Assembly (NCBI GenBank): GCA_910584785.1
Contig: CAJUDX010000001.1
Location: 57,583-121,582 of the forward strand
DNA from: an uncultured Lachnospiraceae bacterium
GTDB lineage: Bacteria; Bacillota; Clostridia; Lachnospirales; Lachnospiraceae
DNA: 64,000 nt
Direction: 5' to 3'
Part shown: positions 19,459-29,546 of the stretch, piece by piece
Position numbering within the stretch: position 1 is the stretch's first letter
How the letters are laid out: every line of letters begins with the position of its first letter
Notes under the pieces: generated by a model
Seen by the model: only the letters and a program-made list of their open reading frames with translations
What the model was told of the DNA's origin: nothing
Database searches by the model: none
Program-made: the position numbers and the translations under genes

Positions 19459-20544
19459 ATGGAGAGAAAATTTAAGGTCGGCGTTCTGGGCGCCACAGGT
19501 ATGGTAGGTCAGAGATTTATTTCCCTGCTGGAAAATCATCCATGGTATGAGGTGGTGACGGTTGCCGCAAGTCCGCGTTCCGCGGGAAAAACCTACGAGG
19601 AGGCCGTGGGCGGGCGCTGGAAGATGACTACGCCCATGCCGGAAGCAGTAAAAAAGCTTGTGGTGATGAATGTGAATGAGGTGGAGAAGGTTGCTGCCGG
19701 TGTAGACTTTGTATTCAGCGCTGTGGATATGAGCAAAGAGGAAATTAAGGCGATTGAGGAAGCCTACGCAAAAACAGAGACGCCGGTTGTATCGAATAAC
19801 AGCGCGCACCGCTGGACGCCGGATGTGCCGATGGTGGTGCCGGAGATTAATCCCGAACACTTTAAGGTGATTGAATTTCAGAAAAAACGACTGGGAACGA
19901 AGAAGGGCTTTGTGGCGGTTAAGCCTAATTGTTCGATTCAGAGTTATGCTCCGGTTTTGACGGCCTGGAAAGAATTTGAGCCATATGAGGTGGTTGCCAC
20001 GACTTATCAGGCGATTTCAGGTGCAGGAAAGACATTTCAGGACTGGCCGGAGATGGAGGGAAATATTATTCCGTTTATCGGAGGCGAGGAAGAAAAGAGT
20101 GAGCAGGAACCGTTAAGGATTTGGGGTGCGATCCAGGATGGGGTGATTGTAAAGGCGCAGGAGCCTAAAATTACCTGCCAGTGTGTCCGTGTCCCGGTGC
20201 TGAACGGACATACGGCGGCAGTTTTTGTAAAGTTTAGAAAACAGCCCACGAAGGAACAGCTGATTGAAAAATTAGTTAACTTTTCAGGACTTCCCCAGGA
20301 ATTAAAGCTTCCCAGCGCACCAGAACAGTTTATCCAGTATATCGAGGAAGAAAATCGTCCTCAGGTAGCGCTGGATGTGGATTTTGAACGCGGCATGGGG
20401 GTTTCTGTGGGAAGGTTGCGAAAAGATTCGGTATATGACTGGAAGTTTATTGGATTATCCCATAACACCGTGCGCGGTGCAGCAGGCGGTGCTGTGCTGT
20501 GTGCAGAACTTTTAACTGCGCAGGGCTACATTGAGCGCAAATAA
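19459..20544 (+). CDS. asd: aspartate-semialdehyde dehydrogenase
   Basis: FKVGVLGATGMVGQRF Rossmann motif and NCSIQ active-site Cys region are present. The ATG at 19459 follows AGAGGAG. Confidence 0.9.
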   Translation: MERKFKVGVLGATGMVGQRFISLLENHPWYEVVTVAASPRSAGKTYEEAVGGRWKMTTPMPEAVKKLVVMNVNEVEKVAAGVDFVFSAVDMSKEEIKAIEEAYAKTETPVVSNNSAHRWTPDVPMVVPEINPEHFKVIEFQKKRLGTKKGFVAVKPNCSIQSYAPVLTAWKEFEPYEVVATTYQAISGAGKTFQDWPEMEGNIIPFIGGEEEKSEQEPLRIWGAIQDGVIVKAQEPKITCQCVRVPVLNGHTAAVFVKFRKQPTKEQLIEKLVNFSGLPQELKLPSAPEQFIQYIEEENRPQVALDVDFERGMGVSVGRLRKDSVYDWKFIGLSHNTVRGAAGGAVLCAELLTAQGYIERK

Positions 20545-20617
20545 ATCTGCGGCAGACCGATGCGGACGGCAATCAATCAGAGAGGATAAGTAAAGAAAAG
20601 AACAGGGGGATTGGCAA

Positions 20618-21700
20618 ATGGCAATCAATGTAGAACGTTTTGGCGAGACACCGCAGGGACAGCAGGTCGATAAGTATACGTTAACGAATGAACATGGGGT
20701 AAGTGCTTCGTTTACTAATCTTGGCGGAACCTGGATTTCCATGCTGGTTCCTGATCGAAATGGTCAGGTAGCGGATGTGGTGCTGGGGTATGACAGTCTG
20801 GAGGGTTATCTGAAGAATCCGGCACATTTTGGCGCGGTTATCGGAAGAAATGCCAACCGCATCGGCGGGGCGGCGTTCTCCTTAAATGGAGAAGATTATC
20901 CGCTTTCGGACAATGATGGCGGAAATAATCTGCACAGCGGCCCGGATTTTTACCATGGTCGGATATGGGAGGTGGAGCTGGATGAGAGCAGCCTGGGAAG
21001 CAGGGTGTCGTTTTCCTTATTCAGCCCCGACGGCGATCAGGGCTTTCCCGGCAATGCACAGATTACCGTAAGCTATACGCTGACCCAGGATGATGCGGTG
21101 GTCATTGATTATCATATGATTTCAGATGCAGATACCGTGGCAAATTTTACCAACCACAGCTATTTTAACCTGGCTGGGCATGATCAGGGCAGTATTTTAG
21201 GTCATAAGGTATGGATCAATGCGGACGCCTTTACCCCGGCAGACGCCGGTTCGATTCCCACCGGAGAGGTTGCGCCGGTGAAGGGAACGCCCATGGATTT
21301 TACAAAGATGAAGGAAATCGGGCAGGAGATTGGTGCTGCGTATGAACCTCTGCTTTTAGGAAAGGGTTATGATCATAACTGGGTGTTGCGTTTGGCTGAA
21401 ACAGATAAAGAGAGGGGAGACGAGGTTTGTCTTTGTGCAAAGGCCTGTGATCCGGTTTCCGGGCGCTGCATGGCAGTGTATACCGATCTTCCGGGGATGC
21501 AGTTTTATACCGGAAACTTCTTAAGGGAGGAGCTGGTCGGTCCGGGTAAGGGCGGGGCAGCCTATGGTTTCCGCCATGGTTTTTGTTTTGAAACCCAGTA
21601 TTATCCCGATGCTATCCATAAATCATCCTTTCCTTCCCCCATTTTACGCGCCGGGGAAGAATATAAGACGACAACGATTTATCAGTTTTCTCAGGAGTAG
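20618..21700 (+). CDS. galM: aldose 1-epimerase (galactose mutarotase)
   Basis: Mutarotase signatures are present (NANRIGGA.F.LNG..Y.L..N.G.N.LHGG, TNHSYFNL). Confidence 0.85.
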   Translation: MAINVERFGETPQGQQVDKYTLTNEHGVSASFTNLGGTWISMLVPDRNGQVADVVLGYDSLEGYLKNPAHFGAVIGRNANRIGGAAFSLNGEDYPLSDNDGGNNLHSGPDFYHGRIWEVELDESSLGSRVSFSLFSPDGDQGFPGNAQITVSYTLTQDDAVVIDYHMISDADTVANFTNHSYFNLAGHDQGSILGHKVWINADAFTPADAGSIPTGEVAPVKGTPMDFTKMKEIGQEIGAAYEPLLLGKGYDHNWVLRLAETDKERGDEVCLCAKACDPVSGRCMAVYTDLPGMQFYTGNFLREELVGPGKGGAAYGFRHGFCFETQYYPDAIHKSSFPSPILRAGEEYKTTTIYQFSQE

Positions 21701-21703
21701 CCG

Positions 21704-23740
21704 ATGGCAAAATCATTATATATTGCGGAAAAACCCAGTGTGGCCCAGCAGTTTGCCGATGCCTTAAAGGTAAAGGGCAGGCGGGGCGACGGATTTATCG
21801 AATCGGAGGATGCCGTGATTACCTGGTGCGTGGGGCATTTGGTGAGTATGAGCTATCCTGAAGCCTATGATCCTTCACTGAAGCGCTGGAGTTTGGAAAC
21901 ATTGCCCTTTCTTCCCAGGGAATATAAATATCAGGTCATCGACAGTGTGGCAAAACAGTTTGCCATTGTTTCCGGCTTATTAAACCGTAAGGATGTGGAC
22001 AGAATATATGTGTGCACGGACTCCGGGCGGGAGGGAGAGTATATTTACCGTCTGGTGGCACAGATGGCGGGGGTTAAGAACAAGGAGCAAAAACGGGTCT
22101 GGATTGATTCCCAGACGGAAGAGGAAATTCTCCGGGGAATCCAGCAGGCAAAGGATTTATCCTCTTACGATAATTTAAGTGCTTCCGCCTACCTTCGGGC
22201 GAAGGAAGACTATCTGATGGGCATTAATTTTTCCCGTGTTCTGACCTTAAAGTACAGCCCTGTGCTTTCTGCCTATTTAAAAACCCGGTCTACGGTTGTA
22301 TCGGTGGGCCGGGTTATGACCTGTGTGCTGGGGATGGTGGTCCGCCGGGAGAGGGAGATTCGGGAGTTTGTGAAAACTCCATTTTACCGGGTAATCGGTG
22401 TCTTTTGTCTGGGAGAATTTTTTCTGGACGGAGAATGGAAGGCGGTGGAGGGCTCAAAGTATGCCAATACGCCTGCTCTGTACAAGGAAAATGGTTTTAA
22501 GGAAAAAAAGGACGCAGAGGCCCTGATTGCCATGCTTAAAGAAGATCCGCCGGTTACGGTCTGCCTGGCAGCGAAAGAGGTAAAAAAGGAGACAAAAAAT
22601 CCGCCGCTTTTATATAATCTGGCGGAACTGCAAAATGACTGCTCCAAGATGTTTAAGATCAGCCCGGATCAGACGCTTCAGATTGTCCAGGAGCTTTATG
22701 AAAAGAAGCTGGTCACTTATCCCAGAACCGACGCCCGCGTATTATCAAGCGCAGTTGCCAAGGAAATCGCGCGAAATATCGGAGGCTTAAAAAGCTATGG
22801 GCCGATGTCTGTATTTGCCGGGAACGCCCTGGCGCTGGGGTTGTGGAAAACCATTGGAAAAACGCGGTATGTCAACGATAAACAAATTACCGACCACTAT
22901 GCGATTATTCCCACAGGACAGGGCTTGGGGGCATTAAACAGCCTGAAACCCTTATCCGAAAAAATTTACCAGGTGATTTGCCGGCGCTTTTTAAGTATTT
23001 TCTATCCTCCGGCGGTTTATCAGAAATATTCCCTTGACTTTGAACGGAAAAAAGAGCATTTCTTTGTCAATTTTAAGATTTTGCTGGAACCCGGCTATCT
23101 GCAGGTGAGCGATCCGAACATAGGAAAATCCGGCAGTGAGCAGGAAAACAGTACAGCGGCAGATCCGGTTAATTTGAAAAATGCAGAAAACCCTGCTTTT
23201 TTAGCCCAGTTAAAGACATTAAAAAAGGGTGATGTTTTGCCGGTTTCTGATTTTACCATTAAAGAAGGTGAGACTTCGCCGCCCAAGCGCTACACCTCCG
23301 GTTCCATGATCCTTGCCATGGAAAATGCAGGGCAATTGATCGAAGATGAAGAGCTGCGGGCACAGATTAAGGGAAGCGGTATCGGCACCAGTGCAACGCG
23401 TGCGGAGATTTTAAAAAAGCTTGTTCATATTGAATATATGGCGTTAAATAAAAAAACGCAGGTGATTACCCCTACCCTTTTGGGCGAAATGATTTATGAG
23501 GTAGTCTTTGCCTCGATTCGTCAGCTTTTAAATCCTGAACTGACGGCAAGTTGGGAAAAGGGGCTGACCTATGTGGCGGAGGGCAGTATTTCCAGCGAGG
23601 AATATATGGAAAAGCTAAACCGCTTTGTGGCTGGCCGGACCATGAATGTAAAGCAATTGAGCAACAGCAGTTTACTAAGGGAAAACTTTGACCGGGCTGC
23701 CGCATTTTACCAGCCGCAGGCAAAAGGAAAAAAAATATAG
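21704..23740 (+). CDS. topB: type IA DNA topoisomerase (topoisomerase III-like)
   Basis: The Toprim N-terminus (LYIAEKPSVA) and the YPRTD active-site Tyr motif are present. Length is 678 aa. Confidence 0.85.
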   Translation: MAKSLYIAEKPSVAQQFADALKVKGRRGDGFIESEDAVITWCVGHLVSMSYPEAYDPSLKRWSLETLPFLPREYKYQVIDSVAKQFAIVSGLLNRKDVDRIYVCTDSGREGEYIYRLVAQMAGVKNKEQKRVWIDSQTEEEILRGIQQAKDLSSYDNLSASAYLRAKEDYLMGINFSRVLTLKYSPVLSAYLKTRSTVVSVGRVMTCVLGMVVRREREIREFVKTPFYRVIGVFCLGEFFLDGEWKAVEGSKYANTPALYKENGFKEKKDAEALIAMLKEDPPVTVCLAAKEVKKETKNPPLLYNLAELQNDCSKMFKISPDQTLQIVQELYEKKLVTYPRTDARVLSSAVAKEIARNIGGLKSYGPMSVFAGNALALGLWKTIGKTRYVNDKQITDHYAIIPTGQGLGALNSLKPLSEKIYQVICRRFLSIFYPPAVYQKYSLDFERKKEHFFVNFKILLEPGYLQVSDPNIGKSGSEQENSTAADPVNLKNAENPAFLAQLKTLKKGDVLPVSDFTIKEGETSPPKRYTSGSMILAMENAGQLIEDEELRAQIKGSGIGTSATRAEILKKLVHIEYMALNKKTQVITPTLLGEMIYEVVFASIRQLLNPELTASWEKGLTYVAEGSISSEEYMEKLNRFVAGRTMNVKQLSNSSLLRENFDRAAAFYQPQAKGKKI

Positions 23741-23759
23741 ATCATGGAGGAAAAGGATA

Positions 23760-24440
23760 ATGAGATTAGAAGAAATGAAGAACACTGCGCTTTTTGACCT
23801 GGATCAGACGATTGCCGCACGGCTGTTCAATATGTACACCTATCCCTGGGAGGTTTTAAGCCATATCGGAAAATGTATTACTTCCATTGGAAAACATTTG
23901 CCGGAGGAAGAATATGCCAAGCTTGGCGAGAATGTGTGGATTCATAAAAGTGCCAGGATGGCCCGTTCTGTACTGATGACTGGCCCGGCGATTATCTGCG
24001 CAGGCGCTGAAGTGCGCCACAGTGCATTCCTGCGGGGAAATACTATTGTGGGCGAGGGTGCTGTTGTGGGTAATTCCTGTGAGCTGAAAAATGTGATCCT
24101 CTTTAACCGCGTACAGGTTCCTCACTATAACTATGTGGGCGATTCGATTTTAGGCTATCGGGCCCACATGGGGGCAGGGGCAGTTACCTCTAATGTAAAA
24201 TCAGATAAAACCCTGGTTAAGATCCATGCAGCAGACGGCGATGTGGAAACAGGGTTAAAGAAGGTTGGAGCTATGTTGGGCGATGGCGTCGAGGTTGGCT
24301 GCGGGTCCGTATTAAATCCGGGTACTGTGATTGGAAGAAGCAGCAATATTTATCCCCTTTCCAGCGTAAGAGGCTGTGTGGCGCCCAACTCAATTTATAA
24401 GAAGCAGGGCGAAGTGGTAGAGAGAGAGGAGAGGGAATAA
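23760..24440 (+). CDS. left-handed beta-helix (hexapeptide-repeat) protein, GlmU C-terminal-domain-like
   Basis: Imperfect hexapeptide repeats run through the sequence (IVGEGAVVGNSCELKNVILFNRVQV...). The ATG at 23760 follows GGAGGAAAAGG. Confidence 0.65.
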   Translation: MRLEEMKNTALFDLDQTIAARLFNMYTYPWEVLSHIGKCITSIGKHLPEEEYAKLGENVWIHKSARMARSVLMTGPAIICAGAEVRHSAFLRGNTIVGEGAVVGNSCELKNVILFNRVQVPHYNYVGDSILGYRAHMGAGAVTSNVKSDKTLVKIHAADGDVETGLKKVGAMLGDGVEVGCGSVLNPGTVIGRSSNIYPLSSVRGCVAPNSIYKKQGEVVEREERE

Positions 24441-24454
24441 AGAAAAGGGAAACA

Positions 24455-24492
24455 GGGACAGACAGGAGATAAAGGGACAGACAGGAAATAAA
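24455..24492. repeat. 19-bp tandem repeat x2 (GGGACAGACAGGARATAAA)
   Basis: Copies at 24455-24473 and 24474-24492 differ at one position. They lie just after the stop of the beta-helix gene. Confidence 0.8.
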
Positions 24493-24498
24493 AGAGAG

Positions 24499-24562
24499 AA
24501 AAAGACAGCTGCGCAAGAGGTAGTATATTAGGTATTCTATCCTTTTGGCAGGTGTCTTTTTT
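24499..24562. terminator. probable bidirectional terminator between convergent genes
   Basis: GACAGCTGC (24504-24512) pairs with GCAGGTGTC (24548-24556) with one mismatch. An A-run lies 5' and a T-run 3'. The loop is long. Confidence 0.45.
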
Positions 24563-24647
24563 CCTTAGTTGAGATTTCTTAAATTATTGTTTACTTAAAA
24601 TCGTTGATTTATGTTTGTTTACAAAATGTTATTTTTTAATCGTAAAG

Positions 24648-25277
24648 TTACTTCGTCCCAAAAATCCGATCACCTGCGTCTCCTAATCCCGGACAGATAT
24701 AGGCGTTTTCATTAAGGCAGCGATCCAGGTGCCCAACATAGATTTGAATATCCGGGTGCGCATTTTGTAAGCGTTTAAGGCCTTCCGGGGCAGCGATAAT
24801 CGCCATAAATTTAATTTTTCTTCCGCCGTGTGCTTTAATAAAATCAACAGCAGCGACAGCTGAACCTCCGGTAGCCAGCATGGGATCGGTAACGACAATG
24901 GTTCGCTCATCAATGGGATTAGGCAGCTTACAGTAATATTCGTGCGGCTCGTGAGTAACCTCATCCCGGTAGAGTCCGATATGTCCCACCTTAGCTGAAG
25001 GAACCAGGGCAAGGATTCCGTTTACCATGCCCAGCCCGGCCCGAAGGATAGGAACAACAGCAAGTTTTCTTCCGGCAATCATGGGGGTCATACAAGTTTC
25101 AATAGGGGTTTCAATTTCTACATCCGCAACAGGCAGATCCCTGAGTGCCTCGTAGCCCATCAGCATGGCAATTTCCTCCACCAGGGCACGAAATTCATTT
25201 GTCCCGGTATGTTTATCTCTTAGTTTGGAAATTTTGTGCTGAATTAATGGATGGTTAAAAACAATCGTTTGTTCCAT
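24648..25277 (-). CDS. upp: uracil phosphoribosyltransferase
   Basis: [17 protein letters not shown] and the PRPP loop [12 protein letters not shown] are present. The start is at the MEQTIV methionine. Confidence 0.92.
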   Translation of the reverse strand: MEQTIVFNHPLIQHKISKLRDKHTGTNEFRALVEEIAMLMGYEALRDLPVADVEIETPIETCMTPMIAGRKLAVVPILRAGLGMVNGILALVPSAKVGHIGLYRDEVTHEPHEYYCKLPNPIDERTIVVTDPMLATGGSAVAAVDFIKAHGGRKIKFMAIIAAPEGLKRLQNAHPDIQIYVGHLDRCLNENAYICPGLGDAGDRIFGTK

Positions 25278-25366
25278 GGCGGTTTCCTTTCTCTTTTTCA
25301 CGTTATTCATTAAGTGCTGTGTGCACAAAAAACAGTGATGGCATGTTGTTAAACTATCTGATGTAT

Positions 25367-25395
25367 AGTTTATCCTTATGAGGGCAGTACGTCAA
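25367..25395 (-). promoter_or_regulatory. candidate sigma-70 promoter of upp (TTGACG-N17-TAAACT)
   Basis: On the minus strand the -35 is at 25390-25395 and the -10 at 25367-25372. Confidence 0.45.
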
Positions 25396-25441
25396 GTTTT
25401 TCTGTAAGTTCTTTATCGCTTTTCCAGCAAATTCTTTGATT

Positions 25442-26272
25442 TTACTTGGTTTCCGGCGTAAATTTTATAATCGCATAGTCGCCGATGGCATGGGGAACCG
25501 GGATGGAGAAGTAGATGATGCCCTGTTTTTCATAGCTGAAAGAGGAGGGCCAGGTTACTTCTGCATCGAACGGAAAATCGGCTTTGGTAAAGATATCGGT
25601 ATAATATGCAATGTCCATCATCTGACGCGCCTCAAGTACATCCGCCAGGGAGCCCTTACCTGTCTCTTCAAACTGTACATCATCACTTAAAACATAGCCA
25701 GCCATTGTATAAGGATCGGCGAAGTCGGAAAGCCCAAGATCGGTACCGGCAATCAGGTCATAGGTGTTGGAATAGAATAAATTTACCGGGTGGGGGGCCC
25801 CGTCCAGTGAAGCATAGCCGGTATAAAGGGCAGTAATTCGTTTCCTGGTCAGCGCGGGAACCTGACATTTGATGTCAATGGTGCATTTTCCGCCTTCGGT
25901 GTCCCAGGCCTTTAGCAGAGAGAGAGCATTCTCCATTAAGTGCTGATTGATTTGATCCTGTTTTGCGGAGTCACTCATCTGGGAAATTACCGGGTATTCA
26001 ATACGGATTTTCCCGTCGCTTTCATAGGCGGCAATCTGGTAGGAGAGGCTTTGCACCTCATCACCCTCTGCGGCTGTCTGTGTGGTTGGAGCAGGTGTGG
26101 TCTCCGGTGGCGCTGTGGTTTCCGGCTCTTGGGCAGGGGCTTCGGTGGTGTGGATGGATGAAAGGTCGATTTTATCCGGGGTTTCCGAACGGGATACAAT
26201 CACAGCGACAGCAGCGCCGATAACAATAACACCAGCGACAGCAGCGCTGATGATAACATTTCGATTTAACAT
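25442..26272 (-). CDS. membrane-anchored protein with a Pro/Thr-rich linker and a DUF4163/DUF3298-like extracytoplasmic domain
   Basis: An N-terminal TM (VIISAAVAGVIVIGAAVAVIV) and a PETT-rich linker are followed by ...IRIEYPVISQMSD...QDQINQ, which resembles RsiV/PdaC-type domains. The family call is from memory only. Confidence 0.5.
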   Translation of the reverse strand: MLNRNVIISAAVAGVIVIGAAVAVIVSRSETPDKIDLSSIHTTEAPAQEPETTAPPETTPAPTTQTAAEGDEVQSLSYQIAAYESDGKIRIEYPVISQMSDSAKQDQINQHLMENALSLLKAWDTEGGKCTIDIKCQVPALTRKRITALYTGYASLDGAPHPVNLFYSNTYDLIAGTDLGLSDFADPYTMAGYVLSDDVQFEETGKGSLADVLEARQMMDIAYYTDIFTKADFPFDAEVTWPSSFSYEKQGIIYFSIPVPHAIGDYAIIKFTPETK

Positions 26273-26475
26273 AAAGAATCCTCCTTAACATTTGGCTGAA
26301 TGGGAATTACCCTAAAATTGCTTTTATTATATCGGAAAATCATGACCAGGTTTTGAAGAAAAACTTACAATATTCTAAATAATTTTCCATGATTCGACAT
26401 GAGATTAAATAATTTTCCGTTATTTGGCAGGAAAAAGAAAAGAGGGAAAAGATAAAAGAAAAAACAAAAAGGTAG

Positions 26476-26504
26476 TTGACACTAACTTGATTATGTGCTA
26501 TGCT
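26476..26504 (+). promoter_or_regulatory. sigma-70 promoter of the feo operon (TTGACA-N17-TATGCT)
   Basis: The -35 is at 26476-26481 and the -10 at 26499-26504. Confidence 0.6.
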
Positions 26505-26551
26505 TACCCATGGAAATAAGTTATACATAACTAACTGCATGCGTTTATCTA

Positions 26552-26566
26552 AGATAATAATGACAT
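26552..26566 (+). promoter_or_regulatory. weak Fur-box-like AT-rich site downstream of the feo promoter
   Basis: AGATAATAATGACAT matches about 10 of 14 positions of the 7-1-7 Fur motif TGATAATNATTATCA. It lies between the promoter and feoA. Confidence 0.3.
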
Positions 26567-26624
26567 TCAGGCTGCTGTATGCTTTTATGCAGCTAAGTCC
26601 GGCTAAGAAAGGTTAGGAGGGATT

Positions 26625-26837
26625 ATGATGCCTTTAACGATGGCGGAGTCTGGTAAGGTAAACCAGATAAAGAAGGTTGGAGGGAAAGAGGAAACGCGCC
26701 GTTTTTTAGAAAGCCTGGGTTTTGTGGCTGGGGGAGAGATTACCATTATTTCCAAAATCAGCGGTAATGTTATTGTCAATGTCAGGGAATCCCGTGTGGC
26801 GATCAGCCGTGAGATGGCGAATAAAATTTTAGTTTAA
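26625..26837 (+). CDS. feoA: FeoA family protein
   Basis: A 70-aa SH3-like FeoA (L..LG...G..I.I) preceded by an AGGAGGG Shine-Dalgarno. Confidence 0.85.
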   Translation: MMPLTMAESGKVNQIKKVGGKEETRRFLESLGFVAGGEITIISKISGNVIVNVRESRVAISREMANKILV

Positions 26838-26852
26838 AGGAGAGCAGGGCAG

Positions 26853-27074
26853 ATGGAAACATTAAAGGATATTGGTTGCGGAAGGTCAGTAAAGGTAGTA
26901 AAGCTTCATGGCACAGGTGCGGTTAAACGCCGGATTATGGATATGGGGCTGACGAAAGGAACAGAGGTCTATGTGCGGAAGGTAGCGCCTTTGGGCGATC
27001 CGGTGGAGGTAACCGTTCGGGGCTATGAGCTGTCTTTGCGCAGGGAAGATGCACAGATGGTTGAGGTGCAGTGA
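26853..27074 (+). CDS. feoA: FeoA family protein (second copy)
   Basis: A 73-aa FeoA (RRIMDMGLTKGTEVYVRKVAPLGDPVEV). Confidence 0.85.
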   Translation: METLKDIGCGRSVKVVKLHGTGAVKRRIMDMGLTKGTEVYVRKVAPLGDPVEVTVRGYELSLRREDAQMVEVQ

Positions 27075-27293
27075 GGTACATGGGTAGCATGGGGGATGGC
27101 AGCCGTGAAGGCGCTTTTCTTTTTGTATTAAGTTAGATTGAACTAACCAAGGGGTTGGCGCGTTCATCCTTAGGCTGGTGTGACGGCACATGAATTTTCC
27201 GCCCAGCTGCGGGACGAAGAATGAACATATCACAATATAATGGGGATTGGAAAAGAAGAAATGAGATGATGCAGAAATGAGGAGGAAAAAAAG

Positions 27294-29432
27294 ATGACAG
27301 TGAAAATTGCACTGGCAGGGAATCCGAATAGTGGAAAAACCACACTGTTTAATGCATTAACAGGATCAAATCAGTTTGTGGGAAATTGGCCAGGAGTAAC
27401 CGTAGAAAAGAAAGAAGGAAAACTTAAAGGATACAGGGAGGCAACATTAATTGACCTTCCGGGCATTTATTCTCTTTCGCCTTATACCCTGGAAGAGGTG
27501 GTGGCAAGAAATTACCTGATTGGCGAACGCCCGGATGCTATTTTAAATATTGTGGACGGAACTAATCTGGAAAGAAATCTGTATTTATCCACGCAGCTGA
27601 TGGAGCTGGGGATTCCGGTGATTATGGCGGTGAATATGATAGATCTTGTGCAGAAAAATGGCGACAAGCTGGATATTCAGGCGCTGGCACGTGATTTGGG
27701 TTGTGAGGTTGTGGAAATTTCAGCCCTGAAAGGGACGGGAATTGCACAAGCGGCAGAAAGAGCTGTTGCTGTGGCAGAGGCTAAGGCAGTCCAATTGCCA
27801 GTGCATCGGTTTGGAGATGAAGTGGAGGCCTGCCTGGAGGAGATCGAAAGTCAGCTGGGCGAGGATATTCCTAAAGAACAAAGACGGTTTTACGCGATTA
27901 AGCTTTTTGAGCGGGATAGTAAGCTTGTAGAGGGAATGCAGCGGGTGCCCAATGTCGAAGGTCTGATTTGTCAGGCAGAAGAAGTCTTAGACGATGACAG
28001 CGAAAGTATTATCACAAATGAACGTTATACTTATCTTTCCCGGATCATTGACGACAGTTATGTTAAACAGAGAAAAAACCAGTTAAGCATTTCCGATAAA
28101 ATTGACCGTGTGGTAACGAACCGCATTCTGGCCCTGCCGGTTTTTGCCGCTGTGATGTGGCTGGTTTACTACATTTCAGTAACGACCATAGGAACCATGT
28201 TTACGGACTGGACCAATGATGTATTATTTGGTGAAATCATTCCGCCTGCTGTGGAAAATCTTTTGATCAGCATCAACTGTGCCGACTGGCTGCAGGGGCT
28301 GATCCTGGATGGAATCGTTGCCGGAGTGGGGGCAGTGCTGGGCTTTGTTCCGCAAATGCTGGTGCTGTTTATCTTTCTGGCTTTTCTGGAGTCCTGCGGC
28401 TATATGGCAAGAATTGCTTTTATTATGGACCGTATTTTCCGCAAATTTGGTCTTTCAGGGAAGTCCTTTATTCCGATGCTGATTGGCACCGGCTGCGGGG
28501 TGCCCGGTGTTATGGCCTCCCGTACGATAGAAAATGACCGTGACAGAAAAATGACCATTATCACCACAACCTTTATCCCGTGCGGCGCAAAGCTTCCGAT
28601 AATTGCCCTGATTGCCGGCGCATTATTTGGAGGGGCGGCCTGGGTGGCGCCAAGTGCGTATTTTGTGGGGATTGCCGCCATTATCTGTTCAGGTATTATT
28701 TTGAAAAAAACGAAACACTTTGCCGGGGACCCTGCTCCCTTTGTGATGGAACTCCCCGCCTATCATATGCCTACCATAGGCAATGTGCTCCGCAGTATGT
28801 GGGAACGCGGCTGGTCCTTCATTAAAAAGGCAGGAACGGTCATCCTGTTATCGACAATATTTGTATGGTTTACCTCGTCCTTTGGCCTTGTGGGCGGACA
28901 GCTGGGTATGGTCGAGGATTTAAGCCAGGGCTTTTTAGCTGGTATTGGAAAAGCCATTGCCTGGATCTTCACACCATTAGGCTGGGGCGACTGGAAAATG
29001 GCAGTTGCCGCTATCACTGGCCTGGTGGCAAAAGAAAATGTTGTGGGAACCCTGGGAATCCTCTTTGGCTTTGCTGAGGTGGCAGAGGACGGAAGTGAAA
29101 TATGGGGCAATCTTGCCAGCAGCTATAGTGCTGCCGCCGCGTATTCTTTTTTAACGTTTAACCTTCTGTGCGCGCCCTGCTTTGCAGCGATTGGTGCAAT
29201 TAAAAGGGAAATGAACAGCACAAGATGGACCTGGTTTGCCATCGGCTATCAGACCCTGCTGGCTTATGCCGTTTCTCTTTGTGTTTATCAGATAGGAAGC
29301 TTTATTACTTTGGGCAGGTTTAAAATAGGGACGGGAATTGCATCCTTGCTTTTATTCGCCTTCCTTTACCTTCTCCTGCGTCCGGCTGGCGGAAAAAGCG
29401 AAATCAGGGTAAAAGGGCTGGCTAAGGTGTAG
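27294..29432 (+). CDS. feoB: ferrous iron transporter FeoB
   Basis: The N-terminal G domain (GNPNSGKTTLFN, DLPG) is followed by a polytopic membrane domain. Confidence 0.93.
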   Translation: MTVKIALAGNPNSGKTTLFNALTGSNQFVGNWPGVTVEKKEGKLKGYREATLIDLPGIYSLSPYTLEEVVARNYLIGERPDAILNIVDGTNLERNLYLSTQLMELGIPVIMAVNMIDLVQKNGDKLDIQALARDLGCEVVEISALKGTGIAQAAERAVAVAEAKAVQLPVHRFGDEVEACLEEIESQLGEDIPKEQRRFYAIKLFERDSKLVEGMQRVPNVEGLICQAEEVLDDDSESIITNERYTYLSRIIDDSYVKQRKNQLSISDKIDRVVTNRILALPVFAAVMWLVYYISVTTIGTMFTDWTNDVLFGEIIPPAVENLLISINCADWLQGLILDGIVAGVGAVLGFVPQMLVLFIFLAFLESCGYMARIAFIMDRIFRKFGLSGKSFIPMLIGTGCGVPGVMASRTIENDRDRKMTIITTTFIPCGAKLPIIALIAGALFGGAAWVAPSAYFVGIAAIICSGIILKKTKHFAGDPAPFVMELPAYHMPTIGNVLRSMWERGWSFIKKAGTVILLSTIFVWFTSSFGLVGGQLGMVEDLSQGFLAGIGKAIAWIFTPLGWGDWKMAVAAITGLVAKENVVGTLGILFGFAEVAEDGSEIWGNLASSYSAAAAYSFLTFNLLCAPCFAAIGAIKREMNSTRWTWFAIGYQTLLAYAVSLCVYQIGSFITLGRFKIGTGIASLLLFAFLYLLLRPAGGKSEIRVKGLAKV

Positions 29433-29546
29433 TTTGGGGGAGAGAAGAGTAGATTTTCTATAAAGTGCTGTGTCTGCTGGCAGGCACAGCAAAGATTAGA
29501 TATAGAATTAGGATAGAACGAAGATAAGGAAAGGAAGGAAGAGAAG

